DNA from: Chloroflexota bacterium
GTDB lineage: Bacteria > Chloroflexota > Dehalococcoidia > SM23-28-2 > RBG-16-64-32
DNA: 64,000 bases
Direction of reading: 5' to 3'
NCBI GenBank assembly: GCA_029262695.1
Contig: JAJCYV010000004.1
Coordinates: forward strand, 2,807-66,806
Shown here: in pieces, positions 1 through 9,095 of the stretch
Layout: each line of letters begins with the position of its first letter
How positions within the stretch are numbered: the first letter of the stretch is position 1
The notes under the pieces: model-generated
The model's input: the letters and a program-made list of their open reading frames with translations, nothing else
Told to the model about the DNA's origin: nothing
Databases searched by the model: none
Translations under genes and position numbers: made by a program

Positions 1-1
1 C

Positions 2-913
2 TTCTACGGCTCGCAGGACGCCGACGAGGAGTTTTACAAGCTCCCGAAGGCGGAGCGTGAAGGCCACGACGAGCCTTACATCGACGCGACCTGTTACACG
101 AGCTGGAACGCGATGATGATCTCAGCCTTCTTCGAAGCGTCGTGGACGTTGGACAGGCGCGAGCTGCGCGATGAGGCGATCACCGCACTGCGCTTCCTGC
201 TCGACGAGTTGCGGCGGGACGGCGTCATGCACCGCTTCCGCGGCCAGGGCGGCGAGGCGCAGATGCCCGGCCTCCTCACGGATCAGGGGTTCACCGCCCG
301 TGCGCTGCTGGACGCCCACGAGGTGACCGGCGACCCGGCCTACTTCGACGACGCCGTCGCGCTGGCGGACTTCGTGGCCCAGCGCTTCGCCGACGCTGAC
401 GGCGGCGGCTTCTTCGATGTTTGGGACGGCGGCGACGATACTGGCCGCCTCAAGGACCGGCATAAATCGCTCCAGGACAACGCTTGCTTCGCCGACGTGC
501 TGATCCGCCTTCACTGCCTGACCCGAGATGAACGCTGGCAGACGCTCGCCCGGGCGACGCTGGAGGCGTTCGCCGGAACGTACGGCCAGATGGGCCACTT
601 CGCGGCAGCGTACGGCCGGCAGGCCGACCTCCTCCTCAACCCAGCGGCCGAGGTGAACATCGTTGGCGCGGACGATGATCTGCTCCGCGCGGCGCTGCGG
701 CTCGATGTGCCCGCGCGCGTTGTGCAGGTGCTCGATCTGGAGCGCGACGCCGGACGGCTGGCCGCCCTCGGCCTTCCCGCCCAACCGTCGCCAGCGGCCT
801 ACGCCTGCGCCGGCACGATGTGCTCGCCGCCGATCGCCGATGCCGGCCGGCTGGCCGAGACCGTTGCTGCCATGCAGTCCGGGCCGCGCGTTATCGAGCT
901 GCCGGGTGACTGA
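2..913 (+). CDS. Thioredoxin-domain protein, DUF255/YyaL-like family (COG1331); 5' end is outside the window
   Basis: The frame is open from position 2 (FYGSQDADEEFYKLPKAEREGHDEPYIDATCYTSWNAMMI...) and continues into the 113..913 ORF. The N-acyl-glucosamine-epimerase-like C-terminal region typical of the YyaL family is present. Confidence 0.7.
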   Translation, partial: FYGSQDADEEFYKLPKAEREGHDEPYIDATCYTSWNAMMISAFFEASWTLDRRELRDEAITALRFLLDELRRDGVMHRFRGQGGEAQMPGLLTDQGFTARALLDAHEVTGDPAYFDDAVALADFVAQRFADADGGGFFDVWDGGDDTGRLKDRHKSLQDNACFADVLIRLHCLTRDERWQTLARATLEAFAGTYGQMGHFAAAYGRQADLLLNPAAEVNIVGADDDLLRAALRLDVPARVVQVLDLERDAGRLAALGLPAQPSPAAYACAGTMCSPPIADAGRLAETVAAMQSGPRVIELPGD

Positions 914-1589
914 AGCCGAGCGCTACCTGGCGAAGGCGAAGGAGAGCCTGGCGTCCTCACGAGCGGACGTCCGGGCGCGGCGATACAATTCGGCGGCCAA
1001 CCGCGCCTACTACGCGGCGTTCCAGGCGGCCGTCGCCGCGCTCATCCAGGCCGGCATCCGCCCGGAGAACGACGATTGGGGTCACCGCTTCGTGATGAGC
1101 CAGTTCTCCGGTAAACTGATAAGGCGGCGCAAGCTGCTGCCGGGAGTGGTCAGGTCGATTCTTCCGGACTTATTCAACCACCGCGTCAAAGCGGACTACG
1201 GCTCCGAGAACGTATCGGTGCGACACTCCAGAGGCGCATCCGAGCGGGCGGCACGACTTGTCGCGGAGGTGTCCGCGGCTTTTGGACTAGGAGCCATTCG
1301 CGAGGCGAGATCCGCATGCGGGAGTGAACAGATGAAGACCACAAGGGCAGTCAGGGCCAAGGCTAGAGAGCTTATTCAGGAGGTAGAGCAGGCGATCCTC
1401 CGGGAGTATCCCGACTGCGAATTCAAGGCAATTGAGCGTGGCCCAAAGGACTATCGCCTCATCGTCCGCAGCGACCGAGCAGACCTCGACGACATCCACC
1501 GGATTCTGGACGGGCGCACCGCGGACATCCTCGTCGATCACGACATCTGGATCGTCATCCTGGCCGAGAGCACACGGCAGGCAGCCTAG
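906..1589 (+). CDS. HEPN-domain protein with an uncharacterised roughly 100-aa C-terminal domain
   Basis: A GTG at 906 lies in the frame of ORF 663..1589 and overlaps the upstream stop (GTGA). The N-terminal roughly 125 aa (RYLAKAKESL...NRAYYAAFQAAVAALIQAGI...HRFVMSQF) looks HEPN-like. The C-terminal part (MKTTRAVRAKARELIQEVEQAILREYPDCEFKAIERGPKDYRLIV...DILVDHDIWIVIL) is not recognised. Confidence 0.5.
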   Translation: MTEAERYLAKAKESLASSRADVRARRYNSAANRAYYAAFQAAVAALIQAGIRPENDDWGHRFVMSQFSGKLIRRRKLLPGVVRSILPDLFNHRVKADYGSENVSVRHSRGASERAARLVAEVSAAFGLGAIREARSACGSEQMKTTRAVRAKARELIQEVEQAILREYPDCEFKAIERGPKDYRLIVRSDRADLDDIHRILDGRTADILVDHDIWIVILAESTRQAA

Positions 1590-2116
1590 TGTTCACGGAC
1601 GAAATCGAGCGCGTGATGCACGAACTCCCGTATGGCCTTTACATAATCGGCTCGCGCGAGGAAGACGAAGGCAAGGTCAACGGCATGATGGCCGACTGGG
1701 TGATGCAGGTCTCCTTCGAACCGCGCCTGGTCGCAGTCGCCTTCGAGGGCGACTCGCACACTCTGGCGAACATCCGGGCGCGCACGTTCTTCACAGTGAA
1801 CCTCCTCTCGCAAGACGAGGAGAGCATGGATCTGGCGCGCCGCTTCGCCCAGCCTCACAGCGGTGAGAAGGTCAAGGGCCGCCAGGGCGCCGAGGCGACG
1901 GCAGTCCACTACAAGCTCGATGGCCTGCCGTACGGCCTCACGGACAACGGTGGCCCGGTGCTGGAGGCCGCTATGGCCTGGTTCGAGTGCCAGGCGCAAG
2001 AGTTCGTGCCGATCGGCGACCACATCCTCGCCGTCGGCCGCGTCCTCGGAGGCGCGATGGTGCGGGAAGCGGAGCCCCTGACCTCCACCTACACCGGCTG
2101 GACCTACAGCGGCTAG
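1589..2116 (+). CDS. Flavin reductase-like, FMN-binding split-barrel protein (NADH:flavin oxidoreductase family)
   Basis: A GTG start overlaps the upstream stop by 1 nt. The protein contains LYIIGSREEDEGKVNGMMADWVMQVSFEPRLVAVAF, typical of the flavin reductase domain. Confidence 0.75.
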   Translation: MFTDEIERVMHELPYGLYIIGSREEDEGKVNGMMADWVMQVSFEPRLVAVAFEGDSHTLANIRARTFFTVNLLSQDEESMDLARRFAQPHSGEKVKGRQGAEATAVHYKLDGLPYGLTDNGGPVLEAAMAWFECQAQEFVPIGDHILAVGRVLGGAMVREAEPLTSTYTGWTYSG

Positions 2117-2661
2117 CGAGGGCCGTCGTCGCGGTCGTTCGCCGCCTCGGCCAGCGCGTGCTTCAGGCGCCGCACCTGCCACAGGTGCTCGAGGTCGTGC
2201 TGCGCAAGCTCTCGCGCGATCATTTCGATCGTGATCTCTCCGCGGTAAGGGTGCCTGACTTCGCGCCGCCAGTCCCAGTCGCGCAGCATCCAGAGGAGGG
2301 CGGTCGTCTGTCGGCGCAGGTTGCGGACCTCACTGAGCAGGCCCTGCAGGTCTGCGTTGCGATAGTCGCGCTCGTACGGCAGCACGTCGACGTCCCAGAC
2401 CGGCAGCCGTTTGTCGGGCTCCTCGCTCGCCGACGTCAGCTGGCGCAGCGCTAGCTCCTCAGCGTCGCGCAGGTGCGCTGCGATCTCCTTCAGCGAGAGT
2501 TCGTCCTCGACCGGACGGTGGCGCAGCATCGTCTCGTCGAGGCCTGCGAACTCCGAGAAGAGCGTGCCGCCGGCCTCGCGCAGCGCCTTCATCGCCCAGC
2601 CGGATGAGTCCCTTTCCTCCAGTTGCACGCGGCCATTGTACGCTGTTGCCGCTGCCTGCAA
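2113..2661 (-). CDS. DinB/YfiT-like family protein (DinB_2 four-helix bundle)
   Basis: The translation has conserved His/Asp positions (IAAHLRDAEE...LAQHDLEHLWQVRRLK). It overlaps the flavin reductase convergently by 4 nt. An internal start at Met24 is possible. Confidence 0.6.
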   Translation of the reverse strand: MQAAATAYNGRVQLEERDSSGWAMKALREAGGTLFSEFAGLDETMLRHRPVEDELSLKEIAAHLRDAEELALRQLTSASEEPDKRLPVWDVDVLPYERDYRNADLQGLLSEVRNLRRQTTALLWMLRDWDWRREVRHPYRGEITIEMIARELAQHDLEHLWQVRRLKHALAEAANDRDDGPR

Positions 2662-2687
2662 GCCGCCCTAACATCTAGCCTGACCCC

Positions 2688-3512
2688 ATGAGTCCCGAAT
2701 CACTGCCCTACGCCCTGCTCATCTTGCTCGTTGAGCTTACTGTCGGTGGCCTCTGGGTGCTCTACTTCTCGCAGTTCCGCGGGGAGTCCGCGTTGTCGTT
2801 CGTCAAGTTTGGCGCGGCGACGGTGGCAGTCGTCGCCGTCATCACGCTGCTGGTCGCCGCCGAAATCGACGTTGGAGATGACGTCGACGGCTACCCGCTC
2901 GACGGTTCGTACGCGGGCGAGCTGCGATGGGCGCTGGCGGCCGTCTTCGGGCTCACCGTCCTGCACGCGGCGGCAACGATGCGCGAGCATCGCATCCCGG
3001 CGCTGGCGCTCGGCGGCGCCGCCTCGGTTGCCGGCGGCGCAGCGATCGCGTTCCTGGCGCAGGTGATCGCCGGGCCAACCTGGGGGTTCTCACTCGTCTT
3101 CGGCAGCCTGGTGATCGGGGCACTGGTCGTCGGCGCTGTCTCGCAGGGGATGGTCCTCGGCCACTGGTACCTGGTCACGCCGCGGCTGCCGGAGCAACCG
3201 CTGAGGGAGATGACGGGGCTCCTCGTCGTCGTGATCGCGATCCAGTTGGTGCTGCTCGCACCAGCCCTGGCGCTGCCACACGACACAGTGGTGACGAGCG
3301 TCGATACCGAGATCCTCTCGAACCCCTTCTTCTACCTGCGCGTGGGCGGCGGCATCGCCTTCCCGGCCCTGCTCGCCTGGATGGCGTTCGATGCCAGCGG
3401 CGCGCGGGCGATGATGTCGGCGACGGGGCTCCTCTACATCGCCATGGCGCTGGTGCTGGCGGGCGAGGTCGTGGGGCGCGGGTTGATGTTCGCCTCCGGC
3501 GTTCCGAATTGA
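2688..3512 (+). CDS. Polytopic membrane protein, function unknown
   Basis: The 274-aa ORF has 7-8 hydrophobic segments (LLILLVELTVGGLWVLYF, AVVAVITLLVAA, LVFGSLVIGALVVGAV, etc.). No family was recognised. Confidence 0.55.
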   Translation: MSPESLPYALLILLVELTVGGLWVLYFSQFRGESALSFVKFGAATVAVVAVITLLVAAEIDVGDDVDGYPLDGSYAGELRWALAAVFGLTVLHAAATMREHRIPALALGGAASVAGGAAIAFLAQVIAGPTWGFSLVFGSLVIGALVVGAVSQGMVLGHWYLVTPRLPEQPLREMTGLLVVVIAIQLVLLAPALALPHDTVVTSVDTEILSNPFFYLRVGGGIAFPALLAWMAFDASGARAMMSATGLLYIAMALVLAGEVVGRGLMFASGVPN

Positions 3513-3676
3513 GGTAGAACCTGAAATCGCCGCTCTTTGCCAGCCTGGGCGGCGTGCCCCTGTCCGTCACCTACGCGCTGGACAGCGACTTCGCGGACGG
3601 AGAGCTGTCTCCGAAGCTGAAAGCGCGCGCCGGGGCCGTGATGCAGGGCGCCGTCAGCGCCGCGCGCGCCGGCTGA

Positions 3677-4123
3677 CTACTCGTCTGCCGTGATCGTGAA
3701 CTCGGTCCACATGCCCTGGGCGAAGTGCGACGTCTCCACACCGTCGACGTCCTTGACGATGTTGCAGAGGAGCACGTACTCGCCCGGGTCGAGCGTGTAG
3801 CTGCGGCTCGTCTCGTCGCCCTCATCGATGTCGTCGACGTCATGCTTGACGTCGACACCGCCCGCGTCGTCGTCGAAGGAGCCATTGTCCTTCGTGGGCA
3901 GTTCAGCACCGGCGGTTTTCGTCTTAACGATCAGCAGCTCGTGTGCTAGCTCGCCGTCGTTCTTGATATCGAACGTAATCGGGCCCTCCGGGAGCGAATC
4001 CACGTCCGTCACGACGGTGTATTCATCCAGAGTGATCTTGAGGTCGCCTCCCTCGCCGGTGCTGCCGCAGGCCGCGAGCAGAACCACGAGAAGAAGGGCA
4101 GCGGGAAGAACGAGAATCCTCAC
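3677..4123 (-). CDS. Secreted cupredoxin-like (blue-copper-type) lipoprotein
   Basis: It has a lipoprotein signal (MRILVLPAALLLVVLLAAC) and candidate type-1 Cu ligands: H in ELAHELL, C in LLCNIV, and H and M in SHFAQGMW. Confidence 0.55.
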   Translation of the reverse strand: MRILVLPAALLLVVLLAACGSTGEGGDLKITLDEYTVVTDVDSLPEGPITFDIKNDGELAHELLIVKTKTAGAELPTKDNGSFDDDAGGVDVKHDVDDIDEGDETSRSYTLDPGEYVLLCNIVKDVDGVETSHFAQGMWTEFTITADE

Positions 4124-4174
4124 GGGGCTCCTTTCGGGCTGAACGATGCGTGCCGGGCCGATTATAGCAGCCGG

Positions 4175-5026
4175 TTAGCTCAGGTTGCCCGTGCGCCGCG
4201 CGATTTCGTTGAGGCGCGCGATCCGCTTCTCCGTCGGCGGGTGCGAGGCGAAGAACGAAGCGAAGTCGATCTTGCCCAGCGGGTTGACGATGAACAGGTG
4301 CGAGACCGCCGGGTTGACCTCCATCGGCCGCACCTTGCTGTAGTCCTGCAGCTTCTGTAGCGCGCTCGCCAGCGACATCGGTGCGTGCGTGATCGCCGCA
4401 CCGGTCGCGTCCGCGCCGAACTCGCGCTGACGGGAGATAGCGCCGCGGATCACCGCCGCGGCCATCGGCGCCAGGATGAGCATCGCCAGCATCATGATGA
4501 GGCCGCCCATCCCTCGCCGCCCGCCGAAGAAGATCGCGAAGCGCCCTGCGAACGCCAGGAACATGATCGCCGTGGCCACCGAGGCGACGATAGCGTTGAC
4601 GAGGATGTCCTTGTTCTTGATGTGGCCCATCTCGTGCCCGAAGACCGCCAGCAACTCGCGGTCGTCCAGGATGCGCATGATGCCGGTCGTCGCGGCTACG
4701 GTCGCGTGCTTCTCGTTACGGCCGGTCGCGAAGGCGTTGGGCGAGTCGTTCTGCATGATGGCTACCTTGGGCTTCGGCATCCCGGCCATCGCGGCCGCCT
4801 CGTCGACGATCTTATGCAGCCTCGGCTCCTGCTCGGGCGTCACTTCTTTGGCACCCGTCATGCGCAGCGCCAGCTTGTCGGAGGACCAGTACGAGCCCAC
4901 GTTCATCGCCAGCGCCAGAACCAGCGCGACGATGAGCCCAACCTGGCCGAAGGTGAAGAAGCCAAGCGCCAGGAACACACCGGAGAGCAGGATCAGGAGA
5001 AATACTGCCTTTAAGTTATTGATCAC
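4175..5026 (-). CDS. htpX: Zinc metalloprotease HtpX (peptidase M48)
   Basis: There are two N-terminal transmembrane segments, a HEMGH motif (LAVFGHEMGHIKN) and a C-terminal FASHPPTEKRIARL region. Confidence 0.85.
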   Translation of the reverse strand: MINNLKAVFLLILLSGVFLALGFFTFGQVGLIVALVLALAMNVGSYWSSDKLALRMTGAKEVTPEQEPRLHKIVDEAAAMAGMPKPKVAIMQNDSPNAFATGRNEKHATVAATTGIMRILDDRELLAVFGHEMGHIKNKDILVNAIVASVATAIMFLAFAGRFAIFFGGRRGMGGLIMMLAMLILAPMAAAVIRGAISRQREFGADATGAAITHAPMSLASALQKLQDYSKVRPMEVNPAVSHLFIVNPLGKIDFASFFASHPPTEKRIARLNEIARRTGNLS

Positions 5027-5095
5027 TCAGGTCACCTTTGGCGGAACGGAACTAACGTTCCCCCGTACTTCCAGCTTAATGCAACCGATTTGGCC

Positions 5096-5911
5096 TCACA
5101 AGGAGAGGGCTGATCCCCAAACAATCTTTCGTATGCGGCGGAGCGCATCCGCGACTCGTGGGCCATACCAGCAAACATCCTTGCCATCTACCAGATAGAT
5201 ACGAGATTCGTCGATCCCGGGGATCGCCTTCGCCACTTCCTTCACGTGCTTTCGGGTGAAGTGATACGGCTCGTCCGGCAGGAGGACTACGTCTGGCCGC
5301 TTCGCCGCGACGTCCGCCAGTTCGATCTCCGGGTAGCGTTCTTTGCTCTCTTCGTAGACGTTCTGCAGGCCGCAGGACGAGAGGAAGTCGTGTACGTAAG
5401 TGTCCGGGCCGATCGTCATCCACTTGTCGCGCCAGATGGGGCAGAAGACGCGTAGGGGCGTGCGGTCGCGGTCCGCGGCGCGGGACAGTGCGGCCTCCGC
5501 CTCAATCGCGGCTACCACCGGCGCCGCGGCGTCCTTCGCCTCCGTGATTTCGGCCAGCGTGCGCATCATCGCCGTGGCGTGGATGATCGTGCGCGGAAAG
5601 GTCACGAACACCGTCAACCCCTCCGCCGCTAGAGCCTCGATATCCGCCTTCTCGTTCTCCTCGGCGTTGGCGATCACCAGGTCGGGCTTCAGCTTTGCGA
5701 CTGCCTCCACGTCGACGTTCTTCGTGCCACCGACCTTCGGCGCGTCCGCGACGCCGGCCGCTGGCTCGGTGCAGAACTTCGTGACACCGGCGATGCGCCT
5801 GCCAAGACCGAAGGCGAAGAACGCTTCCGTAATGCTCGGGACGAGCGAGACGATCCGCCGGGGCGGCCGTTCGATTTCAACCGACCGCCCCAGTGCGTCG
5901 GTCCAGTTCAT
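5096..5911 (-). CDS. ABC-transporter periplasmic substrate-binding protein, class III (TroA/BtuF-like; cobalamin or Fe-siderophore type)
   Basis: RRIVSLVPSITEAFFAFG...DLVIANAEENEKADIEALAAEGLTVFV is typical of PBP type-2 helical-backbone binding proteins. No cognate permease or ATPase is adjacent. Confidence 0.7.
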   Translation of the reverse strand: MNWTDALGRSVEIERPPRRIVSLVPSITEAFFAFGLGRRIAGVTKFCTEPAAGVADAPKVGGTKNVDVEAVAKLKPDLVIANAEENEKADIEALAAEGLTVFVTFPRTIIHATAMMRTLAEITEAKDAAAPVVAAIEAEAALSRAADRDRTPLRVFCPIWRDKWMTIGPDTYVHDFLSSCGLQNVYEESKERYPEIELADVAAKRPDVVLLPDEPYHFTRKHVKEVAKAIPGIDESRIYLVDGKDVCWYGPRVADALRRIRKIVWGSALSL

Positions 5912-5923
5912 ACGCCGCGCCCG

Positions 5924-7006
5924 TTAGAAGGCAGGACTCTCGGCGAGAGTGACGACAGTGGCCTCGGTGTCTCCATCACGTATGTAGCTTACATCGACTG
6001 TCTCGCCGGGGCCGTGTTCCAGCAGCGCCTGGTACAGATCCGTGATGTTGTCGACGCTCAGATTCTCGATCTCGACGATGACGTCGCAGTCCCTGAAACC
6101 GCCATCGGCCGCCGGCGTGCCGGCCTGAACTTCTGTCACCAGGACTCCGGCGTCGGCGTCGACGCTGCAATTGTTGTCGTGTGCGCGGTTCACGGCCGCG
6201 GTGCCGATGCCGATGTAGCCGCGGTTCACGACACCCTCCGCGATCAGCTTGTCGACGACGGGCTTGGCCAGGTCAATCGAGACGGCGAGGCCGATACTCT
6301 CGGCGATGCCGCCCTGGCCGCGCAGCACGGCTGTAGTGATGCCGACGACGCGGCCGTCAGCCGTCACCAGCGGGCCGCCAGAGTTACCGGGGTTGATCGC
6401 CGCGTCCGTCTGGATCGCGTCGGCGATGAACACTGGCGTCTCGTTGACGAGTCGGTTAACGGCGCTCACCACGCCCTTGGTGACGGTCGGCCCGCCCACA
6501 AGGTTCAACGCGTTGCCCATCGTTATCACTTCCTGGCCGACGCGAAGCGAAGACGACGTGCCCAGCGGGACCGGCGTCAAATCCGGGGCGTCGATCTTCA
6601 GGACCGCGACGTCAGTGCGCGCGTCCCGGCCGATGATCTCGGCGTCGAGCACGCGGCCGTCGCTGAGCGTGATCTCGATCTCGTTCGCCGCCTGGCCGTT
6701 GTCGCCTGTGATGACGTGGTTGTTCGTCACGATGACGCCCGCCTCGTCGATGATGAAGCCAGTGCCGACCCCCTGCTGCGTTCTGACGTGAACGACGGAA
6801 GGCCGCAACTGCTCGACGAGCTCAACGGTGTTCTCGATCACTGGATCGGCCGTTGCCTGACTGGTGCTCGTGGCGGCAGGCGAGGACGAGCTATCGGACG
6901 GTGTACCGGAGGCGTCGCCGCCGCCGTCGTCGCTGGTGCAGGCGGCCGCCAGAACGCCCACCACCAGGATGAGAGCGGCCGCGGCCAGGAATCCTTTGCG
7001 TTTCAC
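5924..7006 (-). CDS. HtrA/DegP-family trypsin-like serine protease with C-terminal PDZ domain (lipoprotein)
   Basis: A GTG start follows an AGGAGGT RBS and a lipobox (LAAAC). Catalytic motifs are present (TNNHVI..., D, GNSGGPLV), and a PDZ-like C-terminus follows. Confidence 0.85.
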   Translation of the reverse strand: MKRKGFLAAAALILVVGVLAAACTSDDGGGDASGTPSDSSSSPAATSTSQATADPVIENTVELVEQLRPSVVHVRTQQGVGTGFIIDEAGVIVTNNHVITGDNGQAANEIEITLSDGRVLDAEIIGRDARTDVAVLKIDAPDLTPVPLGTSSSLRVGQEVITMGNALNLVGGPTVTKGVVSAVNRLVNETPVFIADAIQTDAAINPGNSGGPLVTADGRVVGITTAVLRGQGGIAESIGLAVSIDLAKPVVDKLIAEGVVNRGYIGIGTAAVNRAHDNNCSVDADAGVLVTEVQAGTPAADGGFRDCDVIVEIENLSVDNITDLYQALLEHGPGETVDVSYIRDGDTEATVVTLAESPAF

Positions 7007-7155
7007 GGTACCTCCTATGGGACCGCCCCTCCAACGGTCGCACTCATCGTAGGCAGCCGAATATTAAGGAGGCATTAAGGCGCGCCCGTCGCCGTGTCCC
7101 TGTGCGCCCCGGTACGTTGTCTTAGAATGGAATCAAGGAAGGGGAATCTGCCCAA

Positions 7156-7767
7156 GTGACGCAAGACGTATCCCCAGACGAGGGGCTCTATGGCGACCTG
7201 AGCGACGAAGAGCTGATGCAGCGTCTCACCGTTCGAGACCTGGCTGCCTTCAGGACTTTGTACGCGCGCTATGGCAAGCTCGTGTACTCGGCGACCTACC
7301 GGGTATTGCGAGACTCGCACCTCGCTGAGGATATGGTGCAAGAAGTATTTCTGAGACTGTGGCGAAAGCCGGACAGCTACTCTTCGGCCCGCGGCCGGCT
7401 GACTACGTGGCTGACGTCCGTCTCGCGCAATCGTGCCGTGGACGAAGTGCGGTCGCGGAACCGCCGCTATCGCCACGAGACCGCCTCGCCCGAGGAGGCC
7501 GAGCGAGAGCTGGCGGCGCCTGAAATCGATGACCCGGGGCTGACCGCCGAGCTGTCTGACCAGCGGCGGATCATCGTCGCCGCGCTCTCGAAGCTCCCAG
7601 ACGAGCAGCGGAGGACCATCGAACTCGCCTACTTCGGCGGCTACACACAGCAGGAGATCGCCCAGATGCTGGAACAGCCGCTGGGCACCGTGAAGACGCG
7701 GATCAGGCTTGGCATGCAGAAGCTGCGCGTAGCACTGACACCCGAGCTGAGGCTGGAGCAGAGCTAA
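7156..7767 (+). CDS. ECF (extracytoplasmic-function) RNA polymerase sigma factor, sigma-70 family
   Basis: Region 2 (DLAAFRTLYARYGKLVYSATYRVL...AEDMVQEVFLRLW) and region 4 (LSKLPDEQRRTIELAYFGGYTQQEIAQMLEQPLGTVKTRI) are present. It sits divergent from the htrA-like operon. Confidence 0.85.
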   Translation: MTQDVSPDEGLYGDLSDEELMQRLTVRDLAAFRTLYARYGKLVYSATYRVLRDSHLAEDMVQEVFLRLWRKPDSYSSARGRLTTWLTSVSRNRAVDEVRSRNRRYRHETASPEEAERELAAPEIDDPGLTAELSDQRRIIVAALSKLPDEQRRTIELAYFGGYTQQEIAQMLEQPLGTVKTRIRLGMQKLRVALTPELRLEQS

Positions 7768-8594
7768 TGGACTGCTCCGAAGTCCGCGACATCATCGATG
7801 CCTACGCCCTCCGCGCTGGCGCTCCTGATGAGGCCGCCCGGATCGAAGCTCACGTCGCGGAGTGCGTCCGCTGCTGGGATGAGCTGGGCAAGGCTCAACG
7901 CACGGCCGCCCTGCTCGCGCTCTCTTCTCCGATGAAGGACGTCCCGGAAGGATTGGAAGAACGCATTATGAACATCGCCCGCCAGGAAGCGGCGGAGGAT
8001 GAGCGTTCCGGGCGCCGGCAACCGGTCTTGAAGCGCCTGCGCCTCTCGTGGGCATCGGCCGCCGCCGGACTGGGCGTCGCCAGCATCGCCGCGATCGCGT
8101 TTGCGGGCGTCCTGCAGGCTCAGGTCAACGACCTGCGCTCCGAAAACGACCGGATCGAATCCCAGATGAGCGGCGCAAACCAGGAGCTTGCGCGGCAGGT
8201 CCGCGACATGACCGACGTCGTCGAAGTACAGGGCGGCATGCTCACGACGCTTACGACTGGCGACGGGCAGAGCGTGGAGATGAAGCCCAACGGTCAGGCC
8301 CAGGCTTCGGTCTGGTACGGCTGGAGCTTGGACGGGCGCGACGGCTGGGTGATCTGCGGGAACGTCGCAGATGCCCCCGATGGCATGGTCTACCAGGTGT
8401 GGTTCAGGGAAGACACCGTGAACGTTCCGGCAGTCGCGTTTACTCCCGAGGGCGGCGACTGTTGGCTGCCCGTCGACCTGACGACGCTGCCGCTGGCGCC
8501 GACCGGCGTCGGCCTCAGCCTCGAAAAGTCGGGCGTTACGTCCGACGGCCCGACCCGCTGGCTCGACTACGCGCACTTCCCGGCCGGGAACTAG
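7767..8594 (+). CDS. Anti-sigma factor (zf-HC2 zinc-finger N-terminus, RskA-like C-terminal domain)
   Basis: The ATG overlaps the sigma-factor stop (TAATG). It has the CSEVRDIIDAYAL...HVAECVRCWDEL zinc-finger motif, one central transmembrane segment and an RskA-like periplasmic domain. Confidence 0.75.
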   Translation: MDCSEVRDIIDAYALRAGAPDEAARIEAHVAECVRCWDELGKAQRTAALLALSSPMKDVPEGLEERIMNIARQEAAEDERSGRRQPVLKRLRLSWASAAAGLGVASIAAIAFAGVLQAQVNDLRSENDRIESQMSGANQELARQVRDMTDVVEVQGGMLTTLTTGDGQSVEMKPNGQAQASVWYGWSLDGRDGWVICGNVADAPDGMVYQVWFREDTVNVPAVAFTPEGGDCWLPVDLTTLPLAPTGVGLSLEKSGVTSDGPTRWLDYAHFPAGN

Positions 8595-8635
8595 CGCACT
8601 TCGCTCCGACGCTTGACTTGGCGCTCCGCGGGCAC

Positions 8636-8667
8636 TGATACTTAATCTCACCTGAGACGAAGTATCA
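8636..8667 (+). promoter_or_regulatory. Candidate Fur/Zur operator: palindrome TGATACTT-N16-AAGTATCA overlapping a putative -10, immediately upstream of the Fur-family gene
   Basis: A -35 TTGACT (8613..8618) is followed by a 17-nt spacer and a -10 TGATAC(T). The 8-bp perfect inverted repeat spans the -10 and ends at the ATG. Confidence 0.45.
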
Positions 8668-9095
8668 TGTCCGACCTGCAACAGATCTCACTCGAACTCG
8701 AAGCGCGCGGCTATCGCGTCACGCCCTCGCGACGCGCCGTCATCGCCGCCATCCTGGCCCGCAAGAACCACTTCGCCGCCGAGGAGCTGGCGAAGCGCTG
8801 TCGCGGCGCCGGCCGCGCCACGGTCTTCCGCACGATCCGCCTCCTGAGCGATCTCGGCGTCGTCTGCCGCGTCCTGCTGGACGACGGCAGTCCGCGCTAC
8901 CTCGTCTCGCGAAGCGGCCACCACCATCACCTTGTCTGCACCGACTGCGGCGCCGTACGGGACCTCGACCAGTGCGCTGTCTCCGGCGCTCTCCGCGAAG
9001 TCGCCGACGCCTCCGGCTACGAGATCGAAGGGCACTGGCTCGAGCTGTACGGCCGTTGCGCCGCCTGCCGGGCGAGGACGGCGGTCCCGGCGTGA
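8667..9095 (+). CDS. zur: Fur-family metalloregulator, probably Zur given the downstream ZnuABC-type transporter
   Basis: It has an HTH-containing N-terminus and metal sites (HHHHLVCTDCG, CAAC). It is the first gene of an operon with the metal ABC transporter. Confidence 0.75.
   Translation: MSDLQQISLELEARGYRVTPSRRAVIAAILARKNHFAAEELAKRCRGAGRATVFRTIRLLSDLGVVCRVLLDDGSPRYLVSRSGHHHHLVCTDCGAVRDLDQCAVSGALREVADASGYEIEGHWLELYGRCAACRARTAVPA

Noticed and set aside
663-905. 5' part of ORF 663..1589
   Set aside because: It lies inside the thioredoxin-domain gene in another frame. The HEPN protein more plausibly starts at the GTG at 906, coupled to the upstream stop.
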